DNA of 64,000 nucleotides from Dehalococcoidia bacterium (GTDB lineage: Bacteria > Chloroflexota > Dehalococcoidia > Lucifugimonadales > UBA2962): positions 2,411,947 through 2,475,946 of the forward strand of contig OZ242262.1 of the NCBI GenBank assembly GCA_965207145.1. Direction: 5' to 3'. The notes beneath the pieces were generated by a model. The model was given only the letters and a program-made list of their open reading frames with translations. It was not told the DNA's origin and ran no database searches. Of this stretch, positions 1 through 9,304 are shown piece after piece (the first letter of the stretch is position 1; every line of letters starts with the position of its first letter). The position numbers and the translations under genes are program-made.

Positions 1-1126
1 AGAACAGGGACGTTATCGCGGTGACGGCCGCAAGCACCTGGTACATGAAGGCGCCGATCGTCTGACTCTCGACGCCGACCTTGACCATGGCGAGCGAGAA
101 CTCACCGACCTGGGGGGTCCGCATTCCAAACTGGATCGGCACCCTGTCGGGCTGGCCCGCAATGAACGCTCCGAAGGTGTTGACGACGACCTTGCCGGCG
201 ATGAACACGCCTGCAATCACGACCGCGGGCACAATGTGATCGCCGATCACGTGAACGTTGATCAGCATGCCTATCGACACGAAGAAAAGCGCCCCGAACA
301 TGTCCCTTATGGGCGAGATCGTCCGGGTCATCTGCTCCGATTGGGCTGTGTCCCCTATCACCGCGCCGATCAGGAACGCGCCAGCGGCGGCCGACAGGCC
401 GAGCTCTTCCCCGATCAGCGCCAGTGCAAAGCACAGGGCTAGGGCGGCCAGGACCAGGGTCTCGGGGGACTCGAACTTCTGGATGTACGAGAGCAGGCGA
501 GGCACGAAGACCGCCCCAAGAGCCACCGAGGCCACGGTGAAAAGGACCAGTTTTAGCACCAGCGGACCGACGTCGCCGAAGCTCGTGGCACCTGAGGTCG
601 CAAGGCCCGAGAGCAGGGTCAGAAGGATGACGGCGACGAAGTCTTCGACGACCAGCAGGCCCACGATCAGTTTGCCGGCCCGGGTCGTCAGCTTGCCGGA
701 GTCGCGGAGCACCTTGATCAGTATCGCCGAGCTGGAGATCGCCATCGCCGAGCCCAGGTAGATCGCCTCGACCGGCGTCCAGCCCAGCAGCCGGCCGAGC
801 TGATATCCGATCGAGACCATCACCAGCATCTCGATGCTGCCGATCAGTAGAACCCCAAGGCCGACCTGGCGGATCCGCCGCCACCCGAACTCCATTCCGA
901 CCGCAAAAAGCAGCAGCACCAGGCCGAGATCGGCAAGGAGCCTGACGATCTCTATGTTGGTAACGGGAGGATTGGGGAAGGTGAAGGGACCGACGAGGAT
1001 GCCGGCCAGAAGATAGCCGAGGATAGAGGGCTGGCGAAGACGCTTGAAGACGACAACGGCACCCCCGGCGACGGCCATTATGATCGCGAAGTCGCGGATG
1101 AGGGTGAGTTGCTCAGAGGCGCCTAT
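1..1126 (-). CDS. cation:proton antiporter, CPA2/Kef-NapA type (3' end lies outside the window)
   Basis: Not in the ORF track because there is no stop inside the window. My minus-strand translation is one open frame from ~1171 down to position 1: IGASEQLTLIRDFAIIMAVAGGAVVVFKRLRQPSILGYLLAGILVGPF...LLLFAVGMEF...LLVVEDF... It is multi-TM and has the RLxQPxxxGYLLAGxxxGP opening typical of the Na+/H+-exchanger family. The start is uncertain: the first canonical ATG is at 1078, and an in-frame ATA at 1126 follows GAAAGGA. Confidence 0.75.
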   Translation of the reverse strand, partial: MGASEQLTLIRDFAIIMAVAGGAVVVFKRLRQPSILGYLLAGILVGPFTFPNPPVTNIEIVRLLADLGLVLLLFAVGMEFGWRRIRQVGLGVLLIGSIEMLVMVSIGYQLGRLLGWTPVEAIYLGSAMAISSSAILIKVLRDSGKLTTRAGKLIVGLLVVEDFVAVILLTLLSGLATSGATSFGDVGPLVLKLVLFTVASVALGAVFVPRLLSYIQKFESPETLVLAALALCFALALIGEELGLSAAAGAFLIGAVIGDTAQSEQMTRTISPIRDMFGALFFVSIGMLINVHVIGDHIVPAVVIAGVFIAGKVVVNTFGAFIAGQPDRVPIQFGMRTPQVGEFSLAMVKVGVESQTIGAFMYQVLAAVTAITSLF

Positions 1127-1320
1127 GGCTTGGATCCTTTCTACCCGGCGATCTGACCATCCAAAAATTTTCTAACTTGTCTAAGAAAGAGTTCAATGAA
1201 TTTTGAGATATCATTAGCCCGTTTACCGGGCCGCGGCCGCGTGGACAGCCCGCCGAGGACGGGCTGCAGGCGATCCGCAGATAGGCGCCCGTGGTGCCCG
1301 CCCGACGGGAGTTCAGACCG

Positions 1321-2097
1321 ATGGAAAACAGGCTCAGCGGCAAGACTGCGATCATCACCGGAGGAGCCTCCGGCATCGGTCGCGCTACCGGCCTATTGTT
1401 CGGCCGCCATGGGGCCAGTGTTCTGGTAACCGACCTCAGCCAGGACGAGGCGGCCCGGACGGCGGGCGAAGTAAGAGCCCAGGGAGGAAGGGCCGAGGGG
1501 CTGTCCGTGGACGTCACTTCCTCCGGCGCCGTTGCCGCGTCAGTTCAGTTCGCCGAAGAGCGCTTCGGCGGTCTCGATATCCTGGTAAACAGCGCGGGGC
1601 TGAACCCGCGGATAGGCTCCCTTGCCGGAAAGTCGGAAGAGGAGGTCTGGGACGCGGTCATAGAGGTGAACCTTAAGGGCACTTACCTCGCGTGCCGCCA
1701 CGCGATACCCGCCATGGAGCGCCGAGGCGGCGGATCGATAGTCAACCTGTCGTCGGTCATGGGCCTGGTGGGATACGCGCGAGGGGTCGGCGCCGGACTG
1801 TCACCCTACAACCCCTCAAAGGGCGGCGTCCTTCAGCTGACCAGGAACCTGGCGGTGGAGCTTGCGCCCAGGGGCATCCGGGTGAACTGCATAAACCCGG
1901 GCTTTGTCGACACCCCGTTCACAGAGAAGCTCACCTCCGACCCGAAGGTCCTTTCGGCGCTGATCGATCTTCATCCCATCGGCCGGCTCGCAAGGCCCGA
2001 GGAGATAGCGGCCTGCGCACTGTTCCTGGCAAGCGACGAGTCATCGTTCGTCACCGGCGCGCCTCTCATAGTCGACGGAGGATACACCGCCCAGTAG
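1321..2097 (+). CDS. SDR family oxidoreductase
   Basis: ORF 1291..2097. It has the TGGASGIGRA Rossmann motif, NSAG, the catalytic S...YNPSK (YxxxK) and INPGFV. The ATG at 1321, preceded by GGGAG, is favoured over the GTG at 1291. Confidence 0.9.
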   Translation: MENRLSGKTAIITGGASGIGRATGLLFGRHGASVLVTDLSQDEAARTAGEVRAQGGRAEGLSVDVTSSGAVAASVQFAEERFGGLDILVNSAGLNPRIGSLAGKSEEEVWDAVIEVNLKGTYLACRHAIPAMERRGGGSIVNLSSVMGLVGYARGVGAGLSPYNPSKGGVLQLTRNLAVELAPRGIRVNCINPGFVDTPFTEKLTSDPKVLSALIDLHPIGRLARPEEIAACALFLASDESSFVTGAPLIVDGGYTAQ

Positions 2098-2125
2098 CGG
2101 CCACGGGGCCGGGCGGAGCGAAGAC

Positions 2126-2926
2126 CTATCCGGAGGCACTTTCCAGGAACAGCAGGGTGCTGGAGTAGACCTGCCTGCCTATCAACTGCATGGCGGCATG
2201 GCCCGGCCGGTGTACGTCTAGCAGCCTGGATAGCGACCGTAGCCTTACGAGGCGGGGAAGGTCGCACCTGTCCCTAAACCCCCGAACGGTCCCGCCCTCT
2301 CCTCCGTACATGACGAACTCTACGTCCCCTGCCGAACCGGTCTTGTCGAGCAGATCGTCCGTGGTCCTGCACACGCGATCGTAGAACTCCCGCACGAGTC
2401 TCTCCCTGCTTCGCTCAAAGCGGCGCTGTGAAGATCCACCGGCCCGGTGTCGACTCTTTACGTACCGGGTCCCGGACTTTGAGGCGAGTACGCGTTCGCC
2501 CTCAAGCACGCCGATCGAGTAGTGGCCGAGTCGTATGAGAATGACGAGCACGGTGCGGTCGCGGACCAGCAGGTCCATCAGCGGCCCCGGCGCAAACCCG
2601 TCATGCTCCTCGTCTCGTTCCACCGGGAAGGGCGGGAGAACCGAAAGCGTGGACTCCGCCCCGGAGAAGATGCACAGTCCTGTCTCGCCGGGCCGCGATG
2701 CGCGGAGGGTCTCGACCAGGCTATGCCTGATCTTCGGCAGAGAGGCGGGCCGGTCGTCGGCCAAGGCCTGCCTGCAAGTGTCGGACGTCAGGTAGAGCGA
2801 GGCCGCGTACCGTTCTCCGCCGCCCTGCTCGTCGATGAGACGACCAATCCGGTGCCGGTCCCTCTGAAGACGGCCAACAACCTCTAGCATGGAAACATCA
2901 TAGTGGCCGGGCGGACTCGGGCTCAC
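2126..2926 (-). CDS. acVLRF1-like (Vms1/ANKZF1-type) peptidyl-tRNA hydrolase homologue
   Basis: 266-aa ORF. The loop KSRHRAGGSSQRRFERSRE (Gly-Gly-x-x-Gln followed by RF) and the surrounding RLGHYSIGVLEG core match my recollection of the actinobacterial/chloroflexal VLRF1 family, which has an eRF1-like fold with a catalytic Gln. An alternative start is the ATG at 2890. Confidence 0.65.
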   Translation of the reverse strand: MSPSPPGHYDVSMLEVVGRLQRDRHRIGRLIDEQGGGERYAASLYLTSDTCRQALADDRPASLPKIRHSLVETLRASRPGETGLCIFSGAESTLSVLPPFPVERDEEHDGFAPGPLMDLLVRDRTVLVILIRLGHYSIGVLEGERVLASKSGTRYVKSRHRAGGSSQRRFERSRERLVREFYDRVCRTTDDLLDKTGSAGDVEFVMYGGEGGTVRGFRDRCDLPRLVRLRSLSRLLDVHRPGHAAMQLIGRQVYSSTLLFLESASG

Positions 2927-2976
2927 GGCCGGGCGCGGGGTTTGCCCCGATAGGAGGGCGCCGCTACACTCGAACG

Positions 2977-3423
2977 ATGCGAGTGACGATCGGCGCCGAC
3001 CACGGGGGCTTTCCCCTCAAAGCAGAGCTAGCGGCCCACATACAGGAGCTTGGCTACGAACTCGTCGACGTGGGAGCCCACCACTTTGACCCCCTGGACG
3101 ACTACCCGGACTTCGCCGAGGCCGTCGCCCTCAACGTCGCCGAGGGTAGATCGGAGCGGGGCGTGATGATCTGCGGCAGCGGCGTGGGCGCCTCGATAAC
3201 CGCCAACAAGATCAGGGGCGTGCGCGCCTCCGTGTGCCACGATACCTACTCGGCCCACCAGGGGGTGGAGCACGACGAGATGAACGTGCTTTGCCTGGGC
3301 GCTCGGATCGTCGGCGGCGAGATAGCGCGCGAGATCGTCGCTGCGTTCCTTGCCGCACGGTTCATACCCGAGGAAAAGTACGTGCGCCGGCTCAACAAGA
3401 TAAAGACCCTCGACGCCCGCTAG
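2977..3423 (+). CDS. rpiB: ribose-5-phosphate isomerase B (RpiB/LacAB family)
   Basis: MRVTIGADHGGFPLK..., ICGSGVGASITANK and CHDTYSAHQGVEHDEMNVLCLGARIVG are classic RpiB motifs. Length is 148 aa. Confidence 0.93.
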   Translation: MRVTIGADHGGFPLKAELAAHIQELGYELVDVGAHHFDPLDDYPDFAEAVALNVAEGRSERGVMICGSGVGASITANKIRGVRASVCHDTYSAHQGVEHDEMNVLCLGARIVGGEIAREIVAAFLAARFIPEEKYVRRLNKIKTLDAR

Positions 3424-3439
3424 GACGGACCCAAGCGCC

Positions 3440-4207
3440 TTAGCTAAAGTCGGCCCTGTAACGCTCGGCGTCCTCTGTGGGACGGTAGCCGATCTCCTTC
3501 TCCGCGCCGTCAAGGTCCCAGAAGCGCCAGGTGTTGTTCGACACACCGTAGTAGATGCCGAAGGCCACCTCGCGCGGGGCCTCTATGCAGCGCTCCACCA
3601 ACTGGACGAGGTCCTTGTGGAACAGGAATGTGGCGAGGTTCCTCACCGTAAGTGGGCGGTCCTGGCGATTTACCGTGCCGATCCGAAGGCAGTGCACGGA
3701 CAGGCCGTGAACGTCCGAATAGTAGCGCCCGACCGCTTCACCAAGCGCCTTGCCGATGCCGTAGGGGCCGTCCGGACGGATCGGGACGTCAATTCCCACC
3801 AGGGGAAACCTGCCGGGTGAGAGACCCTCGTACCGCCCGGCAACGATCTGGCGGTAGGGCGAATCGAGCTCAAAGTTTCCGACGGCATGATTGGAGCTGG
3901 CGAAGAGGAGCCGCCTTGCGCCGACCCTGTGGGCCGCCTCGATCGCATTTCTGGTAGCGGCAAAATTGTTGCGGTAAACGTCCTCCCAGTTGGCGAACTG
4001 ATCGGCGTTGGCCGCAAGATCGATCACCACGTCCGCTCCCGCAAACGCCTCGGTCACCGCCTCTAGGTCGACCATGTTCACGAGCGTGGTCTCCACCGTT
4101 TCCGAGGGGAGGGTGTCCACTCCCAGCACGCGATAGCGGCCTGCCAGAGCCGGCGCGAGCACACCCCCGATGGTGCCTGAGCTCCCCGTGATCACAACGG
4201 TTTCCAT
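3440..4207 (-). CDS. NAD-dependent epimerase/dehydratase family oxidoreductase (uronate-dehydrogenase-like)
   Basis: VVITGSSGTIGG glycine-rich loop, FASSNHAVG and PDGPYGIGKALGE (YxxxK). The length of ~255 aa and the motifs resemble Udh-type enzymes. Confidence 0.8.
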   Translation of the reverse strand: METVVITGSSGTIGGVLAPALAGRYRVLGVDTLPSETVETTLVNMVDLEAVTEAFAGADVVIDLAANADQFANWEDVYRNNFAATRNAIEAAHRVGARRLLFASSNHAVGNFELDSPYRQIVAGRYEGLSPGRFPLVGIDVPIRPDGPYGIGKALGEAVGRYYSDVHGLSVHCLRIGTVNRQDRPLTVRNLATFLFHKDLVQLVERCIEAPREVAFGIYYGVSNNTWRFWDLDGAEKEIGYRPTEDAERYRADFS

Positions 4208-4390
4208 GACTTACTCTGCCTCCGCCCACTGAGTTTTGATCAGGTCGTCGTTAACCTACAGCTTACGCCTCCTATTCTGCCCGCAGGTGTGCGCGAGAGC
4301 GCATAGTCGGCAAGACTAAGATGTGGTCACGCCGATCAGCATGATTCGTTCCATACATCCTGTGAGCAAGGACATTCCAAGGTTCAAGCT

Positions 4391-5803
4391 ATGAAGACTG
4401 GATTCACCCCCTCCGACCACCCGCGGACCCCCGAAGCCGGCATTCAACAGCCGAAGGCCATCTCCCTTGACCAGGCCGCCGAACTGGCCGGGGCGGTGCA
4501 GGAGCTGATCAGGGCGGGCGATCATCACATTGCCTGGAACCGAATCCGACAGCTTCACCCTGCCGACATAGCTAGCATCGTCGCCGGCCTTCCTCCGGCC
4601 AGCAGGGATGCGATGATCCGCCTGATGGCCCCCGAGACCGTCGCCTGGATGCTCAGACAGATGAACCCGATCCAGGCCAGCCGGTTCGGCGCGCGGCTCG
4701 GCTCCCGGACCCTTTCGTTGGTACTCAGGCAGGTTCATCCCCAGCAGGCCCTTCAGGCGCTGCAGCGGCTTCCCATCCCCAGGGCTAGAGAGGTAGCCGA
4801 AACCCTCGAACAACCGCTGCAGGACACAGATCTCCTCGCCCAAACCCCGGACACCGCAGGATCGCTCATGGTCGTGCAGTTTCCAACAGTCCGAATCGAC
4901 GGCCAAGCCGGTGGAGCCCGCAAGAGCCTCGGGGACCTGGGGGAGGGCAGGCACAGGTTCTCTCACGTCTATGCAATTGACGAATCAGGGCAGCTTGCTG
5001 GCCAGGTCGCGATGGTCGACCTAGCGCTGGCGGACGACCAGACTCCAGTGCGGGACATGGCAGTCTCGCTCGTGGCGACGGTTACCGCGGACGTTGCCGC
5101 CGACGAGTGCGCCCGACTTCGGCTCCACTACAACCTCTCGGAACTCCCGGTCGTCGAGGGCGGCAGCCTCATCGGTGTCATCCTGGCCGAGGCCCTGCTC
5201 AGCGCGGCGGTGGAGCAGGACACGCGACAGATGCTGCAGGTGGCGAGCGTCGCGGGCGAGACCCTGGACGGGCCACTATCGGACTCGGTGCGAACTAGGC
5301 TTCCCTGGCTGACCGTCAACCTGGCAACGACATTTCTGGCTGCGGCCACGGTCTCCCTCTTCGAGTCTACCCTCGCCCAGGTTGTCGTGCTCGCGGCATT
5401 CCTCCCGGTGGTCGCCGGGCAGGGAGGGATCGGTGGCACGCAGACCCTGACGCTGATAGTTCGGTCGATCGCACTCGGTGAACTTGTCGGAGTCGCCGCG
5501 CAGCGCCTACTGGCAAGGGAGGCCATGCTGGGCCTCCTTCACGGGGTGTGGCTTGGCGTTCTGGTAGCGGCGGTGGCGATACTCTGGAAGCAGAACCTGG
5601 GGCTGGCGCTCGTTCTGGGCGTTGCGATGCTGGGCAACATGATAATCGCGGGCTCCGTCGGTGCCGCCGTCCCCTTGATGCTCAGGCGGGCCGGAGTGGA
5701 TCCCGCCGTAGCCTCAGCGGTTGTTGTGACGACCGTTACCGACGTGTTCGGCTTCCTGCTTTTCCTGGGCATCGCAACCGCCTCGCTCAGCCTGATTCTT
5801 TAG
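4391..5803 (+). CDS. mgtE: magnesium transporter MgtE
   Basis: N-terminal MgtE_N-like region, then a CBS pair (VYAIDESGQLAGQVAMVDL..., LPVVEGGSLIGVI), then a C-terminal 5-TM domain with GQGGIGGTQTLTLIVRSIALGE and TDVFGFLLFLG. Confidence 0.92.
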   Translation: MKTGFTPSDHPRTPEAGIQQPKAISLDQAAELAGAVQELIRAGDHHIAWNRIRQLHPADIASIVAGLPPASRDAMIRLMAPETVAWMLRQMNPIQASRFGARLGSRTLSLVLRQVHPQQALQALQRLPIPRAREVAETLEQPLQDTDLLAQTPDTAGSLMVVQFPTVRIDGQAGGARKSLGDLGEGRHRFSHVYAIDESGQLAGQVAMVDLALADDQTPVRDMAVSLVATVTADVAADECARLRLHYNLSELPVVEGGSLIGVILAEALLSAAVEQDTRQMLQVASVAGETLDGPLSDSVRTRLPWLTVNLATTFLAAATVSLFESTLAQVVVLAAFLPVVAGQGGIGGTQTLTLIVRSIALGELVGVAAQRLLAREAMLGLLHGVWLGVLVAAVAILWKQNLGLALVLGVAMLGNMIIAGSVGAAVPLMLRRAGVDPAVASAVVVTTVTDVFGFLLFLGIATASLSLIL

Positions 5804-5909
5804 TCCCTGGCCTTTCTCGATGGGATGCCGGGGGCTATCACTCTCTGATGTGGGTTTTGTGGGGTCAGAGATCGCCCGCCGCTTTGCTCAGTGCCGCACC
5901 GATCCTGCG

Positions 5910-7400
5910 TCACTCGGTGCCATCGCGCTCCAAGGACCAATCGGCAAGCTCGCCTCCAAGCCTGCCGGCCATGGCGGACCGGACTGCCTCACCGGCGGTC
6001 TCGCCCGCTTCGACCGCCGCATCAACAGAACCCCTGGCAACAGCGTTCTGCAGCCTCACCGGATCTATGGATGACTCCACGCGCGCCTCCACTGCCGCCT
6101 CGGCCAGCGCCGTGGCCAGGGCGCCCAGATCCCTCAACCCAATCCTGGCGGCGTTGGAGACCAACGCATAGGCAGTGTGTCGGGCTGCAGCGAGCACGTT
6201 CTCCCTCGCAGTTCCAGCACCTGCGATGACCCCCTTCATCGTGGCCTTACCGCCCTTGATGAGGTCCTCATCACTGTCCCCGAGGGCATCCATAGTCGCC
6301 CTGGAGATCTCGGTTACGGCCTGATCAGTTGGGATGCCCACGGAGGAAGCAGCCTCCACGGTGCCCGCCGCAGCGCCCTGCAATGTCGCGCCCTGTGTGT
6401 CTCGTCCTCTTGCGGCCTGTATCGCCCCGGAAACCGCGTCGCGAAGAACACGCGTGGTCATCCCGGTAGCTTCCCCTACACCAAGTACCACCCCCTTCGT
6501 CGCATCCCTTACACGGTCTATCGAGTGCGGGCCAGCTTCGCTTACAGCCTCGACGGCCCCTATCATGGCATCGCGGGCCACGGCCCCGGAGCTGTGTTCC
6601 GCATCACGCACGGCTCGGGCCGACGTTCGCCTTAGCTTCCCCACCGAGAGCCTGGTAGCGCCGGACGCGGCGGCAGACACGCTCTTACCCACTGCTTTCG
6701 TTATCGCCTTCGCAGGAAGTTCCGTCTGACTTATTTGCCTTTCGACCTCAGCCACGTCTATCTCTCTGGTCCTGATCGTCCTGGGCGACACGATCCCACC
6801 TGAGAATATGAGCTGCATCGCTTCGGGGACCGTAAGGTCTGTGTCCAGCACGTCCTTCGGAGGCATGAGCACCACGAACCCTGAGTTCGGCAGCGGAGCT
6901 GTGGGAACGTAGGTCATGATCAGCCTTTCCACACCATCGGCGTCCGTGATCCCCGTCAGAAAGCCCAGGCTCCACGAGTCGGCCCTCGGGAACTGGACCA
7001 GCACCACCCTCTTAAAGCCGGTCACGCTGGTGCCGGAAAACGACTCGACCAACTGGCGGTTCGCCGAATAGATCGTTCCGACAAACGGTATCCGCAGCAG
7101 CGACGCGCGGGCCCAGTCCACCACTGACCTGCCTAGCCTGAACGAAACCAGAGCTCCTATCAGGTAGATCACGATCACCGCCGCTACGATTCCCGGGCCC
7201 GGTAGCGTCAGATCGAAGCCAAACTGCCGTACGATCCACTCGATCCAGGGGCGGAGGACGCCGTCCGCCAAGTCGAACACGAAGCGGATGATCAGGTAGG
7301 TCAAGGCGATCGGCAGAAGCAACAGCAGCCCGCTGATGAGAGACCCGCGGATATGGCTTCCCAGGGAGCGACGAATGCTATTCAGAGTCATGTCCAGCAC
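5910..7400 (-). CDS. DUF502-family membrane protein with a long Ala/Gly-rich repetitive C-terminal extension
   Basis: The first ~210 aa (GLLLLLPIALTYLIIRFVFDLADGVL..., PNSGFVVLMP) match DUF502. The remaining ~280 aa are low-complexity helical repeats of the form (V/L)RDAxxGAxxAxxEAxG. Confidence 0.75.
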   Translation of the reverse strand: MLDMTLNSIRRSLGSHIRGSLISGLLLLLPIALTYLIIRFVFDLADGVLRPWIEWIVRQFGFDLTLPGPGIVAAVIVIYLIGALVSFRLGRSVVDWARASLLRIPFVGTIYSANRQLVESFSGTSVTGFKRVVLVQFPRADSWSLGFLTGITDADGVERLIMTYVPTAPLPNSGFVVLMPPKDVLDTDLTVPEAMQLIFSGGIVSPRTIRTREIDVAEVERQISQTELPAKAITKAVGKSVSAAASGATRLSVGKLRRTSARAVRDAEHSSGAVARDAMIGAVEAVSEAGPHSIDRVRDATKGVVLGVGEATGMTTRVLRDAVSGAIQAARGRDTQGATLQGAAAGTVEAASSVGIPTDQAVTEISRATMDALGDSDEDLIKGGKATMKGVIAGAGTARENVLAAARHTAYALVSNAARIGLRDLGALATALAEAAVEARVESSIDPVRLQNAVARGSVDAAVEAGETAGEAVRSAMAGRLGGELADWSLERDGTE

Positions 7401-7696
7401 CTCGTGGCGGATTCAGAGATTGGGTGGGATCCGGACCGCAGGGCGCTCCTCTATTCCCAAGATCTCCCCACCTCTACACGCGTATCCGTTGACCGACAGT
7501 ATGGCCCTCATCCGTCCTCATCTAGCAATTGCTTTGATGCTCCCGTATTCGCCGATCTGCGCGGCGAACCGTCGAGGCGGAGTTCTGGAGAGCAGGGAAC
7601 ATCTCACGGGCAACGCAGCGTTTCAGGCAGCGAGTGGTCTCGCTGCTGCTCGTTCTCCCAGCGGCGGCGGTTTCGGGACCGTGTGGTTGGACTCGG

Positions 7697-8080
7697 CTAC
7701 GTCTCTACTATCTGGATCAGGTTGCCGCAGGTGTCTTCGAAGCGGGCGATCGTGACGCCGGCCACCTCTGTGGGCTCCATCGCAAATGCCACGCCCAGCG
7801 ATTTCAGCCTCTCATGTTCGGCACGGATGTCCGAGACTCCGAAGGATGCCGCAGGGATGCTCTGCTCGAAGATCCCCTTCTGATATGCCTGCGATACCGG
7901 GTTGTCGTTTGGTTCAAGCAAAAGCTCGGTCCCATCCGGGTCATCGGGAGAAACAACGGTAAGCCACCGGTATTCTCCGACGGGGACATCCTGCTTCTTC
8001 ACGAAGCCGAGCGACTCCGTGTAGAACTCCTCCGCCCGGGCCTGGTCGCTAACGAAAACGCTGGTGTGTGTGATGCGCAT
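7697..8080 (-). CDS. VOC (glyoxalase/bleomycin-resistance/dioxygenase) family protein
   Basis: 127 aa. MRITHTSVFVSDQARAEEFYTESLGF... has the typical VOC beta-alpha-beta-beta-beta module. Confidence 0.85.
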   Translation of the reverse strand: MRITHTSVFVSDQARAEEFYTESLGFVKKQDVPVGEYRWLTVVSPDDPDGTELLLEPNDNPVSQAYQKGIFEQSIPAASFGVSDIRAEHERLKSLGVAFAMEPTEVAGVTIARFEDTCGNLIQIVET

Positions 8081-8393
8081 CTACGGCCTTCCGATCTTTC
8101 GTGCTGTCAAGTGAGCCATCTGTCCATAACAGTCCCGACGGGTTCATCGCCAAAGAAAATCACCGGTTACCCGCCAGCGCCGACCGCCGAATCTTAGCCA
8201 GCAGACAATCCACGCCGCTCTGTCCCCCGACTCTTGAGCCCAGAGGCCGACACAGCACATGTTACGGCACAACCGGACCGGGTCACTGTAAACTCTCCTC
8301 CAATGATCTCCATAAGCCCGGCCTGTGACTCGACGGAACCCTCGGCCCCTACGAGTCGCCCGACAGGATACTGCCGGATAGGACTCAGTATGG

Positions 8394-9266
8394 GTGACTC
8401 GGGCCCTTAGCCGCGGTTCACCCGCTCACGCCCCGGAGAAGATGTTTCCCGAATTCAGTTTGGCAGGAAGGACGGCCCTGGTCACCGGAGGTGGAAGGGG
8501 ACTCGGCCGCGCCATAGCACTCGTTTTCGCCGAAGCCGGCGCCGAGGTCGTGGTCACCGCCCGGTCCGCACACCAGGTCGAGGCCGTTGCAGCCGAGATT
8601 GAGGCCGGAGGCGGCACCGCGCTAGCCCTGGTCTGCGACGTCGCCGACTCCGCCCAGGTCGACAGCACTGTCTTGGAGGCTACCGAACGGCTCGGCAAGA
8701 TCGACGTACTCGTAAACAACGCCGGAGAGGTCACCGTGGGACCGACCGTACCCGTCCCCGATCCCCCGGAGAACGTCGACTGGCGCTGGCCCTCGGACCA
8801 GCGAATGAGCGACGCAGACTTTCGCCGCATCATCGGCACGAACCTTGAGGGCGCGTTCTACATGGCCCGGGCGGTGGCCCCGCAGATGATTGAGCGCAGA
8901 TCTGGCAAGGTGATTAATGTTGCCAGTACCAGCGCCAATCTGGCCTTTCCATACGAGGCCGCCTACGGACCCAGCAAGGCGGCTGTGCAGATGCTGACCA
9001 AGGTGCTGGCCCTGGAATGGGGCGCATATAACGTGAACGTCAACGCCATCAGCCCGGGCTGGTTCAGGACCGAGATGACCGAACCGGGATTCAAAGACCC
9101 GGCGATCGCCGAGCTACGGATTGCATCGCTTCCGCTGGGACGCCTTACCGACGCGCGCGATCTGGGCCTGCTGGCCGTCTACCTGGCAAGCCCCGCCTCC
9201 GATTGGATGACCGGCCAGGTCATCGTGCTAGACGGAGGGGAGTCCGCTATTGCCTACGCCAACTAG
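8394..9266 (+). CDS. SDR family oxidoreductase
   Basis: TGGGRGLGRA, NNAG, S...YGPSKAA (YxxxK) and ISPGWF. The ATG at 8442 (MFPEFSLAGRTALVTGG) is a likelier start than the GTG at 8394. Confidence 0.9.
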   Translation: MTRALSRGSPAHAPEKMFPEFSLAGRTALVTGGGRGLGRAIALVFAEAGAEVVVTARSAHQVEAVAAEIEAGGGTALALVCDVADSAQVDSTVLEATERLGKIDVLVNNAGEVTVGPTVPVPDPPENVDWRWPSDQRMSDADFRRIIGTNLEGAFYMARAVAPQMIERRSGKVINVASTSANLAFPYEAAYGPSKAAVQMLTKVLALEWGAYNVNVNAISPGWFRTEMTEPGFKDPAIAELRIASLPLGRLTDARDLGLLAVYLASPASDWMTGQVIVLDGGESAIAYAN

Positions 9267-9304
9267 TCTCAACCTGGTGGCCTGGCCGCGGCTCCGGCCC
9301 GGGG

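Noticed and set aside
4208-4390. A possible M-box (ykoK) Mg2+ riboswitch upstream of mgtE.
   Set aside because: The 183-nt region shows none of the M-box conserved blocks I recall (GUUAGGUGAGGC, ACUGCCC...GAAA), and it must also hold the divergent promoter.
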